From NCBI GenBank assembly GCA_964519305.1, contig CAZFHY010000014.1:32001-96000 (forward strand): a stretch of DNA of 64,000 nucleotides. Reading direction: 5' to 3'. Both the position numbers and the translations under genes were made by a program. Positions within the stretch are counted from its first letter, which is position 1. Every line of letters starts with the position of its first letter. The notes below the pieces were generated by a model. The model worked only from the letters and a program-made list of their open reading frames with translations, was not told the DNA's origin and made no database searches. This DNA comes from Candidatus Undinarchaeota archaeon. Its GTDB lineage: Archaea; SpSt-1190; JASMDC01. This document shows positions 12,885 through 23,250 of this stretch, one piece after another.

Positions 12885-14471
12885 GTGGACGAGGTAGTGG
12901 ACCCTGTAATGACCGAGGCCGATGCCCGCGTCTATTTAGGGGACGCCATGCAGCAGGCCGAAGAGGTCCGCCGGCAGGGTATGCTCGGACACTGGGAGCT
13001 GTACACCACCGGGAGCCACACCGCATCGGAGCGGGCGGACCGGGAGGCCCGCGCGTTCTACACGGATCCCGTTCTCTCCTCGACCCTCGAGTCATGCTAC
13101 GACATCGTAACCGATCCCGAACTCACCGAGAACATCGACTACCTCTACAACCGGACCAAGGTCTATACATCCCAAGCCGATAACGAGAACGCGATAGATG
13201 CGAAAGCACGTGAAGCGGGGACGCTCCAGATGTCCCACCGTGCCACCTATCAGGGAGCCGAGACCACGGACCAGGCAATGGACAATGTGCTCGAGACCGA
13301 GAAGGACCCGGCCATGCGCAAGGAGGCCTGGTACGCACGCAACGCCAAGGGCGATGCGGCGGCGTCCACCATCGTCGAGCTTGTCAAGCTGCGCAATGCG
13401 TACGCCCGTGAGCAGGGTCATGCCAACTACTACGAGATGTGCCTCGAAGAGGAGGGCTACGATCCGGAAGGTCTGTACGAGTTCCTTGAAGAGGTCGACC
13501 GGGACACCGTGTTGAGCTACAATGCCAAGAACGAGGACCGGAAGGCCGAGCTGGCCGCGGCATTCAGCATCGGTGTGGACGACCTGCGCCCCTGGCACTT
13601 CGGTCTTGATGTCGACGGGCTGACCAAGGAGATCGACGCGTACTTCCCTGAGGGGGAGCAGATGAAGATGCTCGAACGCTCGTACACCGACATGGGCTTC
13701 GATCTGAAGGGGCTAGGTATCACCTACGACACCGATCCGCGACCCGGGAAGAGCCAGCACTGCTTCGCCATGGGCATCAGCATGCCCGATGACGTGCGCG
13801 TGCTCGCCAACAAGGAGGCGACCTACGACTTCCAGCAAGTGCTACACCACGAGTCGGGGCACGCTATCTACTATGCCGATATGGATCCTAAACTTCCTTT
13901 CTACGACAGGGGGGCGCCTACGAACACCATGAACGAGGCCGTGCCCATGCTCATGGAACAGGTGTGCTCCACCGCCCAGTGGCTCGAAGAGTACGCCGGT
14001 GTGCCCACGGAGCTCGCCGCGCGTGTGGAGGCTGACAACCTGTGGGGCGAGGAGCGCTCCATCCGCAAGATACTCTCCGTCGCCGCCTTCGAGCGGCGGA
14101 TGTACGAGAATCCTGACCAGGACCTGGCGGCTCTTTGGTGGGAGCTGAAGGAACGATATGAGGGCATACCGAAGCCCGACGACACCTCGGTCAACGCCTG
14201 GGCGGCTCTACCTCACTTCATCGACTATCCCGCCTATTATCAGGATTACCTTATGGCCAGCATGGCCGCAAGCCAGCTCCGGGTCGCTATCGAGTCCGAG
14301 AACGGTACGGTCCAGGGGAATCCCAAGACCGCGGTGTTCCTGCGCGAGAAGGTGTTCGCCCCCGGCCAGAGCACGGGCGAGTCCGAGATCATGGAGGGCG
14401 CGACCGGTGAGGAAGTGAATACCCAGGCCTACTTCGAGTGGGTGTACGGTGCGGACGAGGACGATGCCTAG
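12885..14471 (+). CDS. M3/M2-type zinc metallopeptidase (gluzincin)
   Basis: HHESGH zinc motif, downstream NEA, DPRPGKSQH, PHF...YYQDY. Confidence 0.88.
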   Translation: MDEVVDPVMTEADARVYLGDAMQQAEEVRRQGMLGHWELYTTGSHTASERADREARAFYTDPVLSSTLESCYDIVTDPELTENIDYLYNRTKVYTSQADNENAIDAKAREAGTLQMSHRATYQGAETTDQAMDNVLETEKDPAMRKEAWYARNAKGDAAASTIVELVKLRNAYAREQGHANYYEMCLEEEGYDPEGLYEFLEEVDRDTVLSYNAKNEDRKAELAAAFSIGVDDLRPWHFGLDVDGLTKEIDAYFPEGEQMKMLERSYTDMGFDLKGLGITYDTDPRPGKSQHCFAMGISMPDDVRVLANKEATYDFQQVLHHESGHAIYYADMDPKLPFYDRGAPTNTMNEAVPMLMEQVCSTAQWLEEYAGVPTELAARVEADNLWGEERSIRKILSVAAFERRMYENPDQDLAALWWELKERYEGIPKPDDTSVNAWAALPHFIDYPAYYQDYLMASMAASQLRVAIESENGTVQGNPKTAVFLREKVFAPGQSTGESEIMEGATGEEVNTQAYFEWVYGADEDDA

Positions 14472-15316
14472 CGCGCGAGCGCCTTGAGCGGCTCTTCTAA
14501 TGTAACGTGCTGTTTCAATGTCTTCGCTAGGCATGCGATGAGCCATGTTTTCGTGGGCTCTTTCTTACCGAGGCCGAGGTCATCGACAGGCTGGTCAGAG
14601 CCCAGCCATGCGGACAGCTTCCTGAACTCCTGCCTCGCAAAAGAGGTGACCTCAACGCTGGCGGAGCCACACCCCTCGAAACCGGCCACCGGCTCGAGCC
14701 TGTCTATCCCCCGAATCACCTTCTCCAGGTTCTGAGGGAAGGCGTAGTGACAGATGTCGCAGGACAAGATCTGGAGATTCAGCCCACTGAGCTCACCATC
14801 GCCGAGGTGGGCCTCAAGATTGCGACCGAGGAGGCGGTCGAGGAGGAGGTTCACATAACGTACCTTCTCATCGCTCTTCTCACCGAGGGATGCATCGATC
14901 CATCCCTGGATCTCGTCAAGACCGCCCAGGTCACGGGAACCCTCCTCGCCCAGCCACGAGCATAGGGCCGTGATGTAGCGCATGCCCACCTCGCTCCGTC
15001 CGGTGGTGTCCTTTTTCCATGCATCCCCTTTATGACAGGGATGATGGGCACCGATCCGCTTGACATCGATGACCGGGCGCAGTTGCGCGATGGAGCGAAG
15101 GATGTTCCGGTAATGACGCTCCACCTTGAAGTGGCAGATCTCGAACCGGGTGATGAGCTCGCGGACAGCAACTACCTTATCCGGCAGCTCGCCCAAGTCC
15201 TTCTCCATGCGGTCGATGACGGCGATCTCCTCGTCCTCCGGTGCTACGATGATGTTGGCCCATGCACCTTGTCCTGCGGTTTCCATAGACTCTTCTCTCC
15301 GTGTTGCCATACCCAA
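14468..15316 (-). CDS. Hypothetical protein (several Cys/His)
   Basis: 282 aa ORF with coding-like codon use, 8 nt downstream of the flavodoxin gene. Confidence 0.65.
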   Translation of the reverse strand: MGMATRREESMETAGQGAWANIIVAPEDEEIAVIDRMEKDLGELPDKVVAVRELITRFEICHFKVERHYRNILRSIAQLRPVIDVKRIGAHHPCHKGDAWKKDTTGRSEVGMRYITALCSWLGEEGSRDLGGLDEIQGWIDASLGEKSDEKVRYVNLLLDRLLGRNLEAHLGDGELSGLNLQILSCDICHYAFPQNLEKVIRGIDRLEPVAGFEGCGSASVEVTSFARQEFRKLSAWLGSDQPVDDLGLGKKEPTKTWLIACLAKTLKQHVTLEEPLKALAR

Positions 15317-15324
15317 GTGTTGAT

Positions 15325-15846
15325 CTAACGAATTAGCTTCCCTGTCACATCGCTCACACGCTTGCCCAGTTTCCTGCAGCTCTCGAGCAGCACCTCGTTC
15401 GGTGGATCATCGTAACCGATACCGTCGGCCATTGTGCCCAACATCCCGGGCCACCCTTCCTCGCGCCCCGGTGCGCTTACGATTACCATATCATGCATAG
15501 CCAGGGCCGTGATCAGTGAGAGGACCGTCGTCTCTGCTCCGGTACCTGTCCCCGCTGCCGATACGAAGGCCGCTCCTACCTTGTCCCTGAGCTTACTCTC
15601 ACCGTATAGAGAGACCGACTTGTCCACGAATGCCTTCATCCGGCCGGTCATATTGCCGAAGTAGGTCGGTGAGCCAAGGACGATCCCATCGGCCCATACA
15701 AGGTCATCCATCCCTGCCTTAGTTACCTTCTTCAGGAGCACTTCAGCGCCAGCGTCCTTGGCACCCTGCTCCACTGCCTTAGCCATGGCCTCGGTGTTGC
15801 CCGTATGGGTGTCGTAAACGATCAGTACTTTTACCATGGTCTTCAT
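15325..15846 (-). CDS. Flavodoxin/WrbA-family NAD(P)H-dependent oxidoreductase
   Basis: IVYDTHTGNTEAMA, DGIVLGSPTYFG, KVGAAF. Confidence 0.9.
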   Translation of the reverse strand: MKTMVKVLIVYDTHTGNTEAMAKAVEQGAKDAGAEVLLKKVTKAGMDDLVWADGIVLGSPTYFGNMTGRMKAFVDKSVSLYGESKLRDKVGAAFVSAAGTGTGAETTVLSLITALAMHDMVIVSAPGREEGWPGMLGTMADGIGYDDPPNEVLLESCRKLGKRVSDVTGKLIR

Positions 15847-15928
15847 TCCCCCGATTCCCAACGCCTTCTACTCGTTAAGTGATAAATATTTCCACCAGAG
15901 CATCGCAGCGCCATGCAAGGGCGGTCAA

Positions 15929-16732
15929 TCATCTCTCGTTTGGAGGTGAGTCCAGCACTGATCGCGTGATGTCCTGCAGGTATCGTGAACCTATTGCGAT
16001 TCGCTCCTCGAGCGTGTTCGCAGTGTTCGTCTCAATCACATAGGAGAAAGGTGTCCGCTCGTCCTCGACCTTGCGAAGGGTCCCATCTGAGCTCGTATCG
16101 GGGGAGATCACAGGCCAGTAGCCTTGCGCGGTCAGTGCATCACCCGTGGGATGGGCCTTCGCAACCGCGCCCGGGTCCGTCGCGCACACCATGTGCATAG
16201 AGCCCAGCGAGAATCCGGACTTGGAGGTCTCGTGGATGTCGAAGGCCAAGGCCAGCGGTCCGTACTGCTTTTCCGCCCGAGTGAGCGTTTCCAGTACGGC
16301 CTGCTCCTCTGGGACCTGTGATCCCGTCGGGGAGTAGCCGCTGTTCATCACCTGCCCGGAAGCGTTGGTCTCGTCCTTCTCGATGGGGAACTTACCGGGA
16401 TCGGCCATATCATATCGGTCAGCGTTGACCACCGGTGCCATGACCAGTGAATAGCGCTCACGTATCCCCTCGAAGACAGAATCGCTCAGATAAGTATCGA
16501 GGAAGTCCAGTGCTGCTGACACGGAGGCGGGTTCGCTGACGTGCTGCCCCGCTGTCACGTAGATCAGCCCCTGTGATTCGCCGCTGGCGGCGACTTCGAT
16601 GAGCGGAATGTCCTTACCCTGGGATGAGGCCCCCTCGGCGCGGCCGAAGCTGACACGGTCACCATAAGTGTCGGCCAGTGAGGAGCAGTACTGCTCTACG
16701 TCCGACAATGTGTAGAGCGCAGCACCTTCCAT
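15929..16732 (-). CDS. M14 family zinc carboxypeptidase-like protein
   Basis: AGQHVSE (HxxE), PVVNAD, FDIHET, C-terminal VIET. Confidence 0.75.
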   Translation of the reverse strand: MEGAALYTLSDVEQYCSSLADTYGDRVSFGRAEGASSQGKDIPLIEVAASGESQGLIYVTAGQHVSEPASVSAALDFLDTYLSDSVFEGIRERYSLVMAPVVNADRYDMADPGKFPIEKDETNASGQVMNSGYSPTGSQVPEEQAVLETLTRAEKQYGPLALAFDIHETSKSGFSLGSMHMVCATDPGAVAKAHPTGDALTAQGYWPVISPDTSSDGTLRKVEDERTPFSYVIETNTANTLEERIAIGSRYLQDITRSVLDSPPNER

Positions 16733-16807
16733 TGTTGTTACTACTAGTCAGTAGTGATATAAATACTTACCGCATTATCCGGCATGATACCGTTCAGGCT
16801 ATCTTCA

Positions 16808-17617
16808 CTACGTCCTAGAGCTCTGCCCTTCCTCGATACCTTCCCTGATGCTACGGGCGAATGCACGTATTTCGTCCAACGAGGCATCAGGATCGTCAAG
16901 ATACTGCTCATAGATGCTCCCTATTGCGCTGCCGGTGATCACGCCATCGGCGCCGGCTGAGACCACCGCGGTCGCCTGTTCCTGCTTCGAAATTCCGAAA
17001 CCGACAAGGAGCGGGATGTCAGAGTGAGCTCGAACCCTCTCGATGAGCCTTAAAGTCGCCTCATGGAGCGATTCCCTGGCACCGGTGACACCGGCGACGG
17101 AAACCACGTAGACGAATCCACGGGCAACTGAAAGGATCTTTTCGAGACGGTCGTCAGGGGTGGTCGGGGCGACGAGGAAGATAATATCGATACCGTTCTG
17201 CTCACTTGCCTCTAGCAGGTCATCAGCTTCCTCTATCGGGACATCGGGAACGATAAGGGCGCATGCTCCTGCGTCCTTGATCCTCTTGACGAAAGACCCT
17301 ACCCCCATATGGTAGATGATGTTATAGTAGGAGGTGACGACGATGGGTTGCGTGATGCCCTCATCCCGGAGCTTACTGATCGACTCTATGGTCTTAGAAG
17401 GGGTCATACCGGCCTTCAGCGCCCGCTCGCAGGCCCGCTGGAACACGGGACCATCGGCAGTGGGGTCCGAGAATGGTATACCCAGCTCGATGATGGACAC
17501 GCCGCTATCGCACAGTGCTTTGATCTCCTTCAGGGAGAACCCTTCGCTGGGATCGCCGTAGTATACATGTGCCATGTACGCTACCTTTTCCTTGGCGAAC
17601 AGCTCACTGAGGTTCAC
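16808..17617 (-). CDS. trpA: Tryptophan synthase alpha chain
   Basis: [29 protein letters not shown]. Confidence 0.97.
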   Translation of the reverse strand: MNLSELFAKEKVAYMAHVYYGDPSEGFSLKEIKALCDSGVSIIELGIPFSDPTADGPVFQRACERALKAGMTPSKTIESISKLRDEGITQPIVVTSYYNIIYHMGVGSFVKRIKDAGACALIVPDVPIEEADDLLEASEQNGIDIIFLVAPTTPDDRLEKILSVARGFVYVVSVAGVTGARESLHEATLRLIERVRAHSDIPLLVGFGISKQEQATAVVSAGADGVITGSAIGSIYEQYLDDPDASLDEIRAFARSIREGIEEGQSSRT

Positions 17618-18795
17618 AGGCTCACCCCCTCTAGTCCAGCGATCATATGGACGTCCTTATCCCCCCTGCCAGAGAGGCAAACGATGATAATGTCATCCTT
17701 CTCGAGGCTCGGAGCAAGGTCCTTGAGATGCGCAAGTGCGTGCGAACTCTCCAGAGCGGGGATGATCCCCTCGACCTTGGACAGGAGGTGGAACGCCTCG
17801 ACCGCTTCGTCGTCGGTCACAGCGACGTACTCAGCTCGCTTTAAGTCATTGTAGAACGCGTGCTCCGGCCCGACGCCCGGGTAGTCCAGGCCCGCCGAGA
17901 TGGAGTGCGCCTCGCGGATCTGGCCGTTCTCGTCCTGGATGAAGTAGCTCTTCTTACCGTGCATGATACCTACCTCGCCGGCACCAATGGAGGCACCGTG
18001 CTTGCCGGTAGCGATACCCTTACCAGCGGCCTCGACGCCCACCATACGGACATCGTCATCGAAGAAAGGATGAAAAAGACCCATAGCGTTACTGCCACCG
18101 CCGACACAAGCGACGAGGCAGCTGGGAAGCTGTCCCTCCTGCTCCAGTATCTGTCGCCTGGCCTCGATACCGATGACGGCCTGGAAGTCGCGAACCATGG
18201 TCGGATAGGGATGCGGGCCCACGACCGATCCGATGACGTAGTGGGTGTTCCGGCAGTTTGCGGTATAGTCCCTCATTGCTTCATTGACAGCATCCTTGAG
18301 CGTCCTGGAACCAGAGGTGACCGGTACGACCCGTGCACCGAACAACCGCATTCTGAAAACGTTCAGTGATTGGCGCTGGATGTCGACCTCACCCATATAT
18401 ACGTCGCACTCGAGCCCTAGAGCTGCCGCTGCCGCAGCTGTGGCAACGCCATGTTGACCAGCTCCAGTTTCTGCGATTATCCTCGTCTTTCCCATCCGCT
18501 TAGCAAGGAGCACATGGCCCAGGGTGCTGTTGATCTTGTGGGCTCCAAGGTGGGCGAGGTCTTCGCGTTTAAGGTAGATCTTGGCACCACCAAGAAGCTC
18601 GGTCAGACGATGTGCGAGGTACAGCGGTGTCGGCCTGCCCGCGAACTTTTCCAGGTATAGTCTCAGCTCCTTCTGGAAATCCTCGTCGGTCTGCACCTCC
18701 CTGTACGCTGCGTCCAGCTCCTGGAGTATGGGCATGAGCGTCTCAGGGACGAACTGGCCACCGTACTCGCCGAAATAAGCATCATCGTTCCTCAT
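17614..18795 (-). CDS. trpB: Tryptophan synthase beta chain (TrpB1)
   Basis: [50 protein letters not shown]. Confidence 0.98.
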   Translation of the reverse strand: MRNDDAYFGEYGGQFVPETLMPILQELDAAYREVQTDEDFQKELRLYLEKFAGRPTPLYLAHRLTELLGGAKIYLKREDLAHLGAHKINSTLGHVLLAKRMGKTRIIAETGAGQHGVATAAAAAALGLECDVYMGEVDIQRQSLNVFRMRLFGARVVPVTSGSRTLKDAVNEAMRDYTANCRNTHYVIGSVVGPHPYPTMVRDFQAVIGIEARRQILEQEGQLPSCLVACVGGGSNAMGLFHPFFDDDVRMVGVEAAGKGIATGKHGASIGAGEVGIMHGKKSYFIQDENGQIREAHSISAGLDYPGVGPEHAFYNDLKRAEYVAVTDDEAVEAFHLLSKVEGIIPALESSHALAHLKDLAPSLEKDDIIIVCLSGRGDKDVHMIAGLEGVSL

Positions 18796-19430
18796 TCTTT
18801 ACACCTCTTCACGAACTGTCTGACCTTCTCAGGGTCTTTTCTCCCGTCGTCCGACTCGACACCGGAGGACACGTCGACCATGTACGGACCGAGCTTAAGC
18901 GCCTCATCTACGTTGTCGGGTGTAAGACCGCCAGCGATGCTGAATCGCGGGCAATATCGTATATAGGGGGAGAGCGCGGTCGCGTAATCGGTACTCAAAC
19001 CCATGCCGCCGACCTTCCCGTCATGCGTCGGCTCGAAAAGTAAAAGGTCACAGACCTCCACGAACCCCTCGAGCTCTTCGATGGTCGACGAGAGCTTCCC
19101 GGTCATGACATCGACGCCTACTGCACGAACGATTCTGAAGCCGCTGTCCCGCATCCTTGTGAGCTGACTAGCGGTCAGTGTGTACACCTGCAGCACGTCG
19201 GCCTTGACGCGCTCTCCCTTCTCGATGAACTCCTCTGCTGTAACGGGGAATCCGATGAGCGTAGAATCGACCGAGGGGCCCAAACGTCCGATGATGTCCT
19301 TGATCTGTTCAAGTGGGACGTTCCTCTTCCGGCCCTCAACGCTGACGAAACCGATGGCGTCCACACCCGCGGCCTTGCATATCAATGCATCCTCGAAGCT
19401 CCGAACCCCGCAGACCTGCACCTTCGTCAT
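18792..19430 (-). CDS. trpF: Phosphoribosylanthranilate isomerase (divergent)
   Basis: [20 protein letters not shown]; operon position. Confidence 0.9.
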   Translation of the reverse strand: MTKVQVCGVRSFEDALICKAAGVDAIGFVSVEGRKRNVPLEQIKDIIGRLGPSVDSTLIGFPVTAEEFIEKGERVKADVLQVYTLTASQLTRMRDSGFRIVRAVGVDVMTGKLSSTIEELEGFVEVCDLLLFEPTHDGKVGGMGLSTDYATALSPYIRYCPRFSIAGGLTPDNVDEALKLGPYMVDVSSGVESDDGRKDPEKVRQFVKRCKE

Positions 19431-20221
19431 CGTACCACCTCATCTCCCGCGGCTACAAGCTCTGCGACCTTTCTGGAGACGCTGTCGGCCGTCATCAGGG
19501 ACGAGCCGACCAGGACCGCATCCACACGACCGCCCGACGATGCGTACGCATGCTCGATGTCGGCTGCTGTCGATATGCCAGAGGCGCTCACGAAAGCGAT
19601 GTCGTTCGCCAGCCCCTTGCCGATGGCGGCATTCTTGAGGTCGAAAGACAGATCGCCGTAGATGTCCCGGTTGTTTATCTCGATGATCGTAGCGCCAACG
19701 CCCAATGCCTTTTCGATCTCGTCGGGTGTGTTGGCTTCGATGAACGCTTCCATACCAAGGGCCTCGCCAAGCTCGATGAGCCTGCCCGCATCCTGTAGGA
19801 CCGCGTCGACGACACGGACCATGAGCAGATAGGCGTCCGCGCCCGCTACCATGCACTCCGCCAGCTGACGTGGTGAGAACAGGAAGCCCTTGGCGAGTAA
19901 TGGTAGGTCGGTGCACTCTCGCACTGTCCTGAGGTTCTCGAGGCTACCCCCGAAACGCCGTGGCTCCACCAGGACCGAGATAGCATGCGCACCGCCCGAT
20001 TCGAGCTCCTCGACTATTGAAGGTATCTCACGTGCTCCAATGCTCCTGAGCTCTCCCCTGCTGGGGGAGGACGGCTTAAGCTCGGCGATGACACGCACTC
20101 CATTCCTGCGACCGTCGCGGAGAGCGTCGTACATACCACGGACGTTCTTTTTTTCACGCAGTATATCGTCGACTATATCCCCGACGGCCTTCCCCAGGAG
20201 CTCGTGCGTACTCATCGTCAC
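19427..20221 (-). CDS. trpC: Indole-3-glycerol phosphate synthase (divergent)
   Basis: IAELKPSSPS, AISVL, INNRD, LVGSSLM. Confidence 0.93.
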   Translation of the reverse strand: MTMSTHELLGKAVGDIVDDILREKKNVRGMYDALRDGRRNGVRVIAELKPSSPSRGELRSIGAREIPSIVEELESGGAHAISVLVEPRRFGGSLENLRTVRECTDLPLLAKGFLFSPRQLAECMVAGADAYLLMVRVVDAVLQDAGRLIELGEALGMEAFIEANTPDEIEKALGVGATIIEINNRDIYGDLSFDLKNAAIGKGLANDIAFVSASGISTAADIEHAYASSGGRVDAVLVGSSLMTADSVSRKVAELVAAGDEVVR

Positions 20222-21234
20222 TAGTTCCCGAAACCCTTGGACCGCTCGATCAGCTGATCGAGCTTCTCCCGGGCCTTTCCGCTCTTGATGGCCTGGCGTG
20301 CGAGCTCGATACCCTCTGCGATGTCGCCGGCCTTGTCGGCGGCATAGAGGGCAGCGCCCGCGTTCAGAAGGACGATGTCCGTGTACGGCGAGTCATCACC
20401 GTCCAGCACCGAGCGGGTGATGGCGGTGTTATCCTCTGGAGTCCCGCCCTGGATGTCCTCGAGCTTGGCACGGTCGAGCCCGAACTGCTCGGGGGTCAGG
20501 TAGTAAGTCTCCACCTTGCCGTCCTTCAGTTCAGAAACCTTCGTCCTATCGATGGTGGAAAGCTCGTCCAGGCCTGAGCCGTGCACTACCAGAGCGTGGC
20601 GGAGACCGAACTTGCCCAGCACGCGGGCCAACGGCTCGGTGAGCCGTTCGTCGTACACACCGATAACCTGGTGCGCCACGTTCGCGGGATTCGTAAGAGG
20701 TCCGAGCACGTTGAACACTGTCCGGATACCGATCTCCCTCCGCGGGCCGATTGCGTACTTCATGGCCTTGTGGAAAGTCGGCGCGAAGATGAAGCCGATC
20801 CCAACGTCGCGTATGCACGTCTCGACGTCCTTTGGTGACAGGGTGATATCCACGCCCAAGCTCTCGAGGAGGTCGGCGGACCCAGACCTGCTCGATACGC
20901 TCCTGTTCCCATGCTTGGCGACGGACACACCCGCACCGGCCACGACGAACGCGACAGTGGTACTGATGTTGAACGTCCCGGCGCAGTCGCCGCCCGTCCC
21001 GCAGGTGTCCACCGCAGTGCCCTGGACCGAGATGCTCTCGGCCTTCTGTCGCATCACGGTAGCGCATGCGAAGATCTCATCCACTGTCTCGCCCTTCAGT
21101 CTGAGCGCGGTCAGGAACGCAGCGATCTGCGCGGGCGTAGCGTCACCGCCCATGATCTCGTTCATAACGTCGAGCGCCTCTTTCTCCGACAGGTCCTTGC
21201 CTTCGATGACTTTCTTGATTGCATCTTTTATCAT
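20221..21234 (-). CDS. trpD: Anthranilate phosphoribosyltransferase
   Basis: DTCGTGGD, FNIST, KHGNRSVSSRSGSAD, GLDE. Confidence 0.98.
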   Translation of the reverse strand: MIKDAIKKVIEGKDLSEKEALDVMNEIMGGDATPAQIAAFLTALRLKGETVDEIFACATVMRQKAESISVQGTAVDTCGTGGDCAGTFNISTTVAFVVAGAGVSVAKHGNRSVSSRSGSADLLESLGVDITLSPKDVETCIRDVGIGFIFAPTFHKAMKYAIGPRREIGIRTVFNVLGPLTNPANVAHQVIGVYDERLTEPLARVLGKFGLRHALVVHGSGLDELSTIDRTKVSELKDGKVETYYLTPEQFGLDRAKLEDIQGGTPEDNTAITRSVLDGDDSPYTDIVLLNAGAALYAADKAGDIAEGIELARQAIKSGKAREKLDQLIERSKGFGN

Positions 21235-21804
21235 TCATGCTCCCTCCAGGAAGTTTCTGAGGATGTCCCTACCATGTTCTGTGAGTATAGATTCGGGATG
21301 GAACTGGACGCCGTGGATCGGGTACTCGCGGTGCCGGACCGCCATGATCTCGTCGGCCTCTGTCCTGCCTGTGATCTCCAGCTGGTCGGGGAAACCTTCA
21401 AGGGCGATGACGAGCGAGTGGTATCTGGTCGCGGTGATGGGGGTCGGTACATCGGCGAAGATGCCCGTGCCGGTGTGATGGACGCGGCTCGTCTTCCCGT
21501 GAAGGAGGTTGGCCGCCCGCTCGATCGTGCCCCCGAACACGAGCCCCATGGCCTGATGGCCCAGGCACACACCGAGGGTCGGTATCTTCCTGCTCATCGT
21601 CCGCAGTATGTCGAGGGTGACGCCCGAGTCCTTGGGATGGCCGGGCCCCGGACTGAGCACGATCCTGTCCGGTTTTGCGGCCATGGCCTCCTTAAGGGTG
21701 ATGTCGTTCCTCTTAACGATGATCTCTGCTCCCATCTCGCCAAGGTACTGTGCTATGTTGTACACGAACGAGTCGTAGTTATCGATGATGAGGACCCTGA
21801 CCAT
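21235..21804 (-). CDS. trpG: Anthranilate synthase component II (glutamine amidotransferase)
   Basis: IDNYDSF, SPGPG, GVCLGHQ, RYHSL, QFHPES. Confidence 0.97.
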   Translation of the reverse strand: MVRVLIIDNYDSFVYNIAQYLGEMGAEIIVKRNDITLKEAMAAKPDRIVLSPGPGHPKDSGVTLDILRTMSRKIPTLGVCLGHQAMGLVFGGTIERAANLLHGKTSRVHHTGTGIFADVPTPITATRYHSLVIALEGFPDQLEITGRTEADEIMAVRHREYPIHGVQFHPESILTEHGRDILRNFLEGA

Positions 21805-21805
21805 C

Positions 21806-23203
21806 TCAGCCGCCCCCCAGCACCGACATCATGGCGCCCATCTTGTTCTCCGTTTCGATGAACTCGTTCTCTGGGACAGAGTCCGCGACGATACCGGCGC
21901 CCGCCTGCAGGTACGCCTTGTTCCCCTTAGTGAATATCGATCTGATCGTGATGGCGAAGTCCATGTTCCCGCAGAAGTCAAAGTATCCGACCGCGCCAGC
22001 GTAAGGCCCCCGCCGGGTCATCTCGAGCTCCTCGATGATCTCCATTGCCCTGATCTTAGGAGCGCCCGAGACGGTGCCCGCCGGGAAGCATGAGCGCAGC
22101 GCGTCGAAGCAGTCCCGGTCCTTACGCAGCCTGCTCGTGACGTTCGAGACGATATGCTGGACATGTGAGTACTTCTCGCAGCCCATGAGCTCGTCCACCT
22201 TGACAGATCCGTACTCGGAGACGCGGCCCATGTCGTTGCGGTGCAGGTCCACGAGCATGATGTGCTCGGCCCGCTCCTTCTCGTCGAGAAGCATGCTCAC
22301 TTTCAGCTTCTCGTCCTCCTCGGGGTCCTTGGACCGGGGACGCGTGCCGGCCAGTGGCCGGGTGGTCAGGACGCTGTTCTCGAGCCGCACGAGCATCTCG
22401 GGAGAGGAACCGAAGACCTTCGACTCGGCGAAGTCGATGTAGAAGAGGTAGGGTGAGGGATTCACTTGCCTGAGGATCCGGTACATGTCGAACTCATTGC
22501 CCTTGAAGGTCGCTTCCGTCCGCCTCGAGATTACCGACTGGAATATGTCGCCCGCCCGGATGTACTCCTTCGCCTGCTCGACCGCGTTCTCGAATGCCGG
22601 GCTCTTCATATTGGTCCTCGGCTTACCGATCGTGAGCTCTTCTCGTTCCTCATCTCGATAGCTGTTGATAAGACCCTCGACCTCTCGGGCGGATCCGTGG
22701 GAGATCAGGTAGGCCTTCTGGTTGATGTGGTCGAAGCAGACGACCTGTGACGGAATGATGAAGTGCGCATCGGGAAGGTTCAGCTCGTCCGTTCTCAGTT
22801 CAGGGAGCCGCTCGAAGAACCTGACGATATCGTAGGAGAAGTATCCCACCATTCCACCCGAGAACGGGAGGAAGTCGACGGGCTCGGCACTGAAGTCGTA
22901 GAACTCGCGTCGCAGATAGTCGTACGGGTCCTCGCACTTCTCTCGGGTGCCATTGAACCGCACCTCGTGTCCCTTGGACCTGAAGGATAAGACCGGATCG
23001 AATCCGATAAATGAGTACCGCGCGGTCTTCTTGGTCCCCTCCACCGACTCCAGGAGGAAGCTCTCGTCCTTGTACTCCTGTTTGATCGCAGCGTATGCGC
23101 CCACGACGTCGAACCTGTCGAGACGGAGGTTCCGGACACGTGTTTTCAGAAGGTGTGGGTTGGACGTGGGACTACCTTTGCGCTTCTTTCCGCCGACGCC
23201 AAA
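21806..23203 (-). CDS. trpE: Anthranilate synthase component I; start unresolved (first canonical in-frame start is GTG 23104; frame stays open up to the TGA at 23221-23219)
   Basis: FLLESVEG, RYSFIG, NPSPY, SSPE, RPLAGT, AEHIMLVDL, FPAGTVSGAPK; TrpE-like sequence appears to extend upstream of 23104. Confidence 0.95.
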   Translation of the reverse strand, partial: FGVGGKKRKGSPTSNPHLLKTRVRNLRLDRFDVVGAYAAIKQEYKDESFLLESVEGTKKTARYSFIGFDPVLSFRSKGHEVRFNGTREKCEDPYDYLRREFYDFSAEPVDFLPFSGGMVGYFSYDIVRFFERLPELRTDELNLPDAHFIIPSQVVCFDHINQKAYLISHGSAREVEGLINSYRDEEREELTIGKPRTNMKSPAFENAVEQAKEYIRAGDIFQSVISRRTEATFKGNEFDMYRILRQVNPSPYLFYIDFAESKVFGSSPEMLVRLENSVLTTRPLAGTRPRSKDPEEDEKLKVSMLLDEKERAEHIMLVDLHRNDMGRVSEYGSVKVDELMGCEKYSHVQHIVSNVTSRLRKDRDCFDALRSCFPAGTVSGAPKIRAMEIIEELEMTRRGPYAGAVGYFDFCGNMDFAITIRSIFTKGNKAYLQAGAGIVADSVPENEFIETENKMGAMMSVLGGG

Positions 23204-23222
23204 GATGATCCCTCCTTTTCAT
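23172..23222 (-). CDS. Candidate trp leader uORF MKRRDHLWRRRKEAQR with putative +1 slip site CTT-TGG (23204-23199)
   Basis: ATG 28 nt downstream of a TATA box; single Trp codon; a +1 shift enters the trpE frame. Confidence 0.6.
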   Translation of the reverse strand: MKRRDHLWRRRKEAQR

Positions 23223-23250
23223 GTGACCGAATAGAATAGACGCTTCCAGC

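Noticed and set aside
23100-23222. Classical bacterial transcription attenuator for trp
   Set aside because: Only one Trp codon, and no terminator hairpin with a U-tract between the uORF and trpE.
21806-23222. trpE as a frameshifted pseudogene
   Set aside because: All catalytic motifs and the six downstream genes are intact, and the discontinuity coincides with a CTT-TGG site. A sequencing error cannot be excluded without reads.
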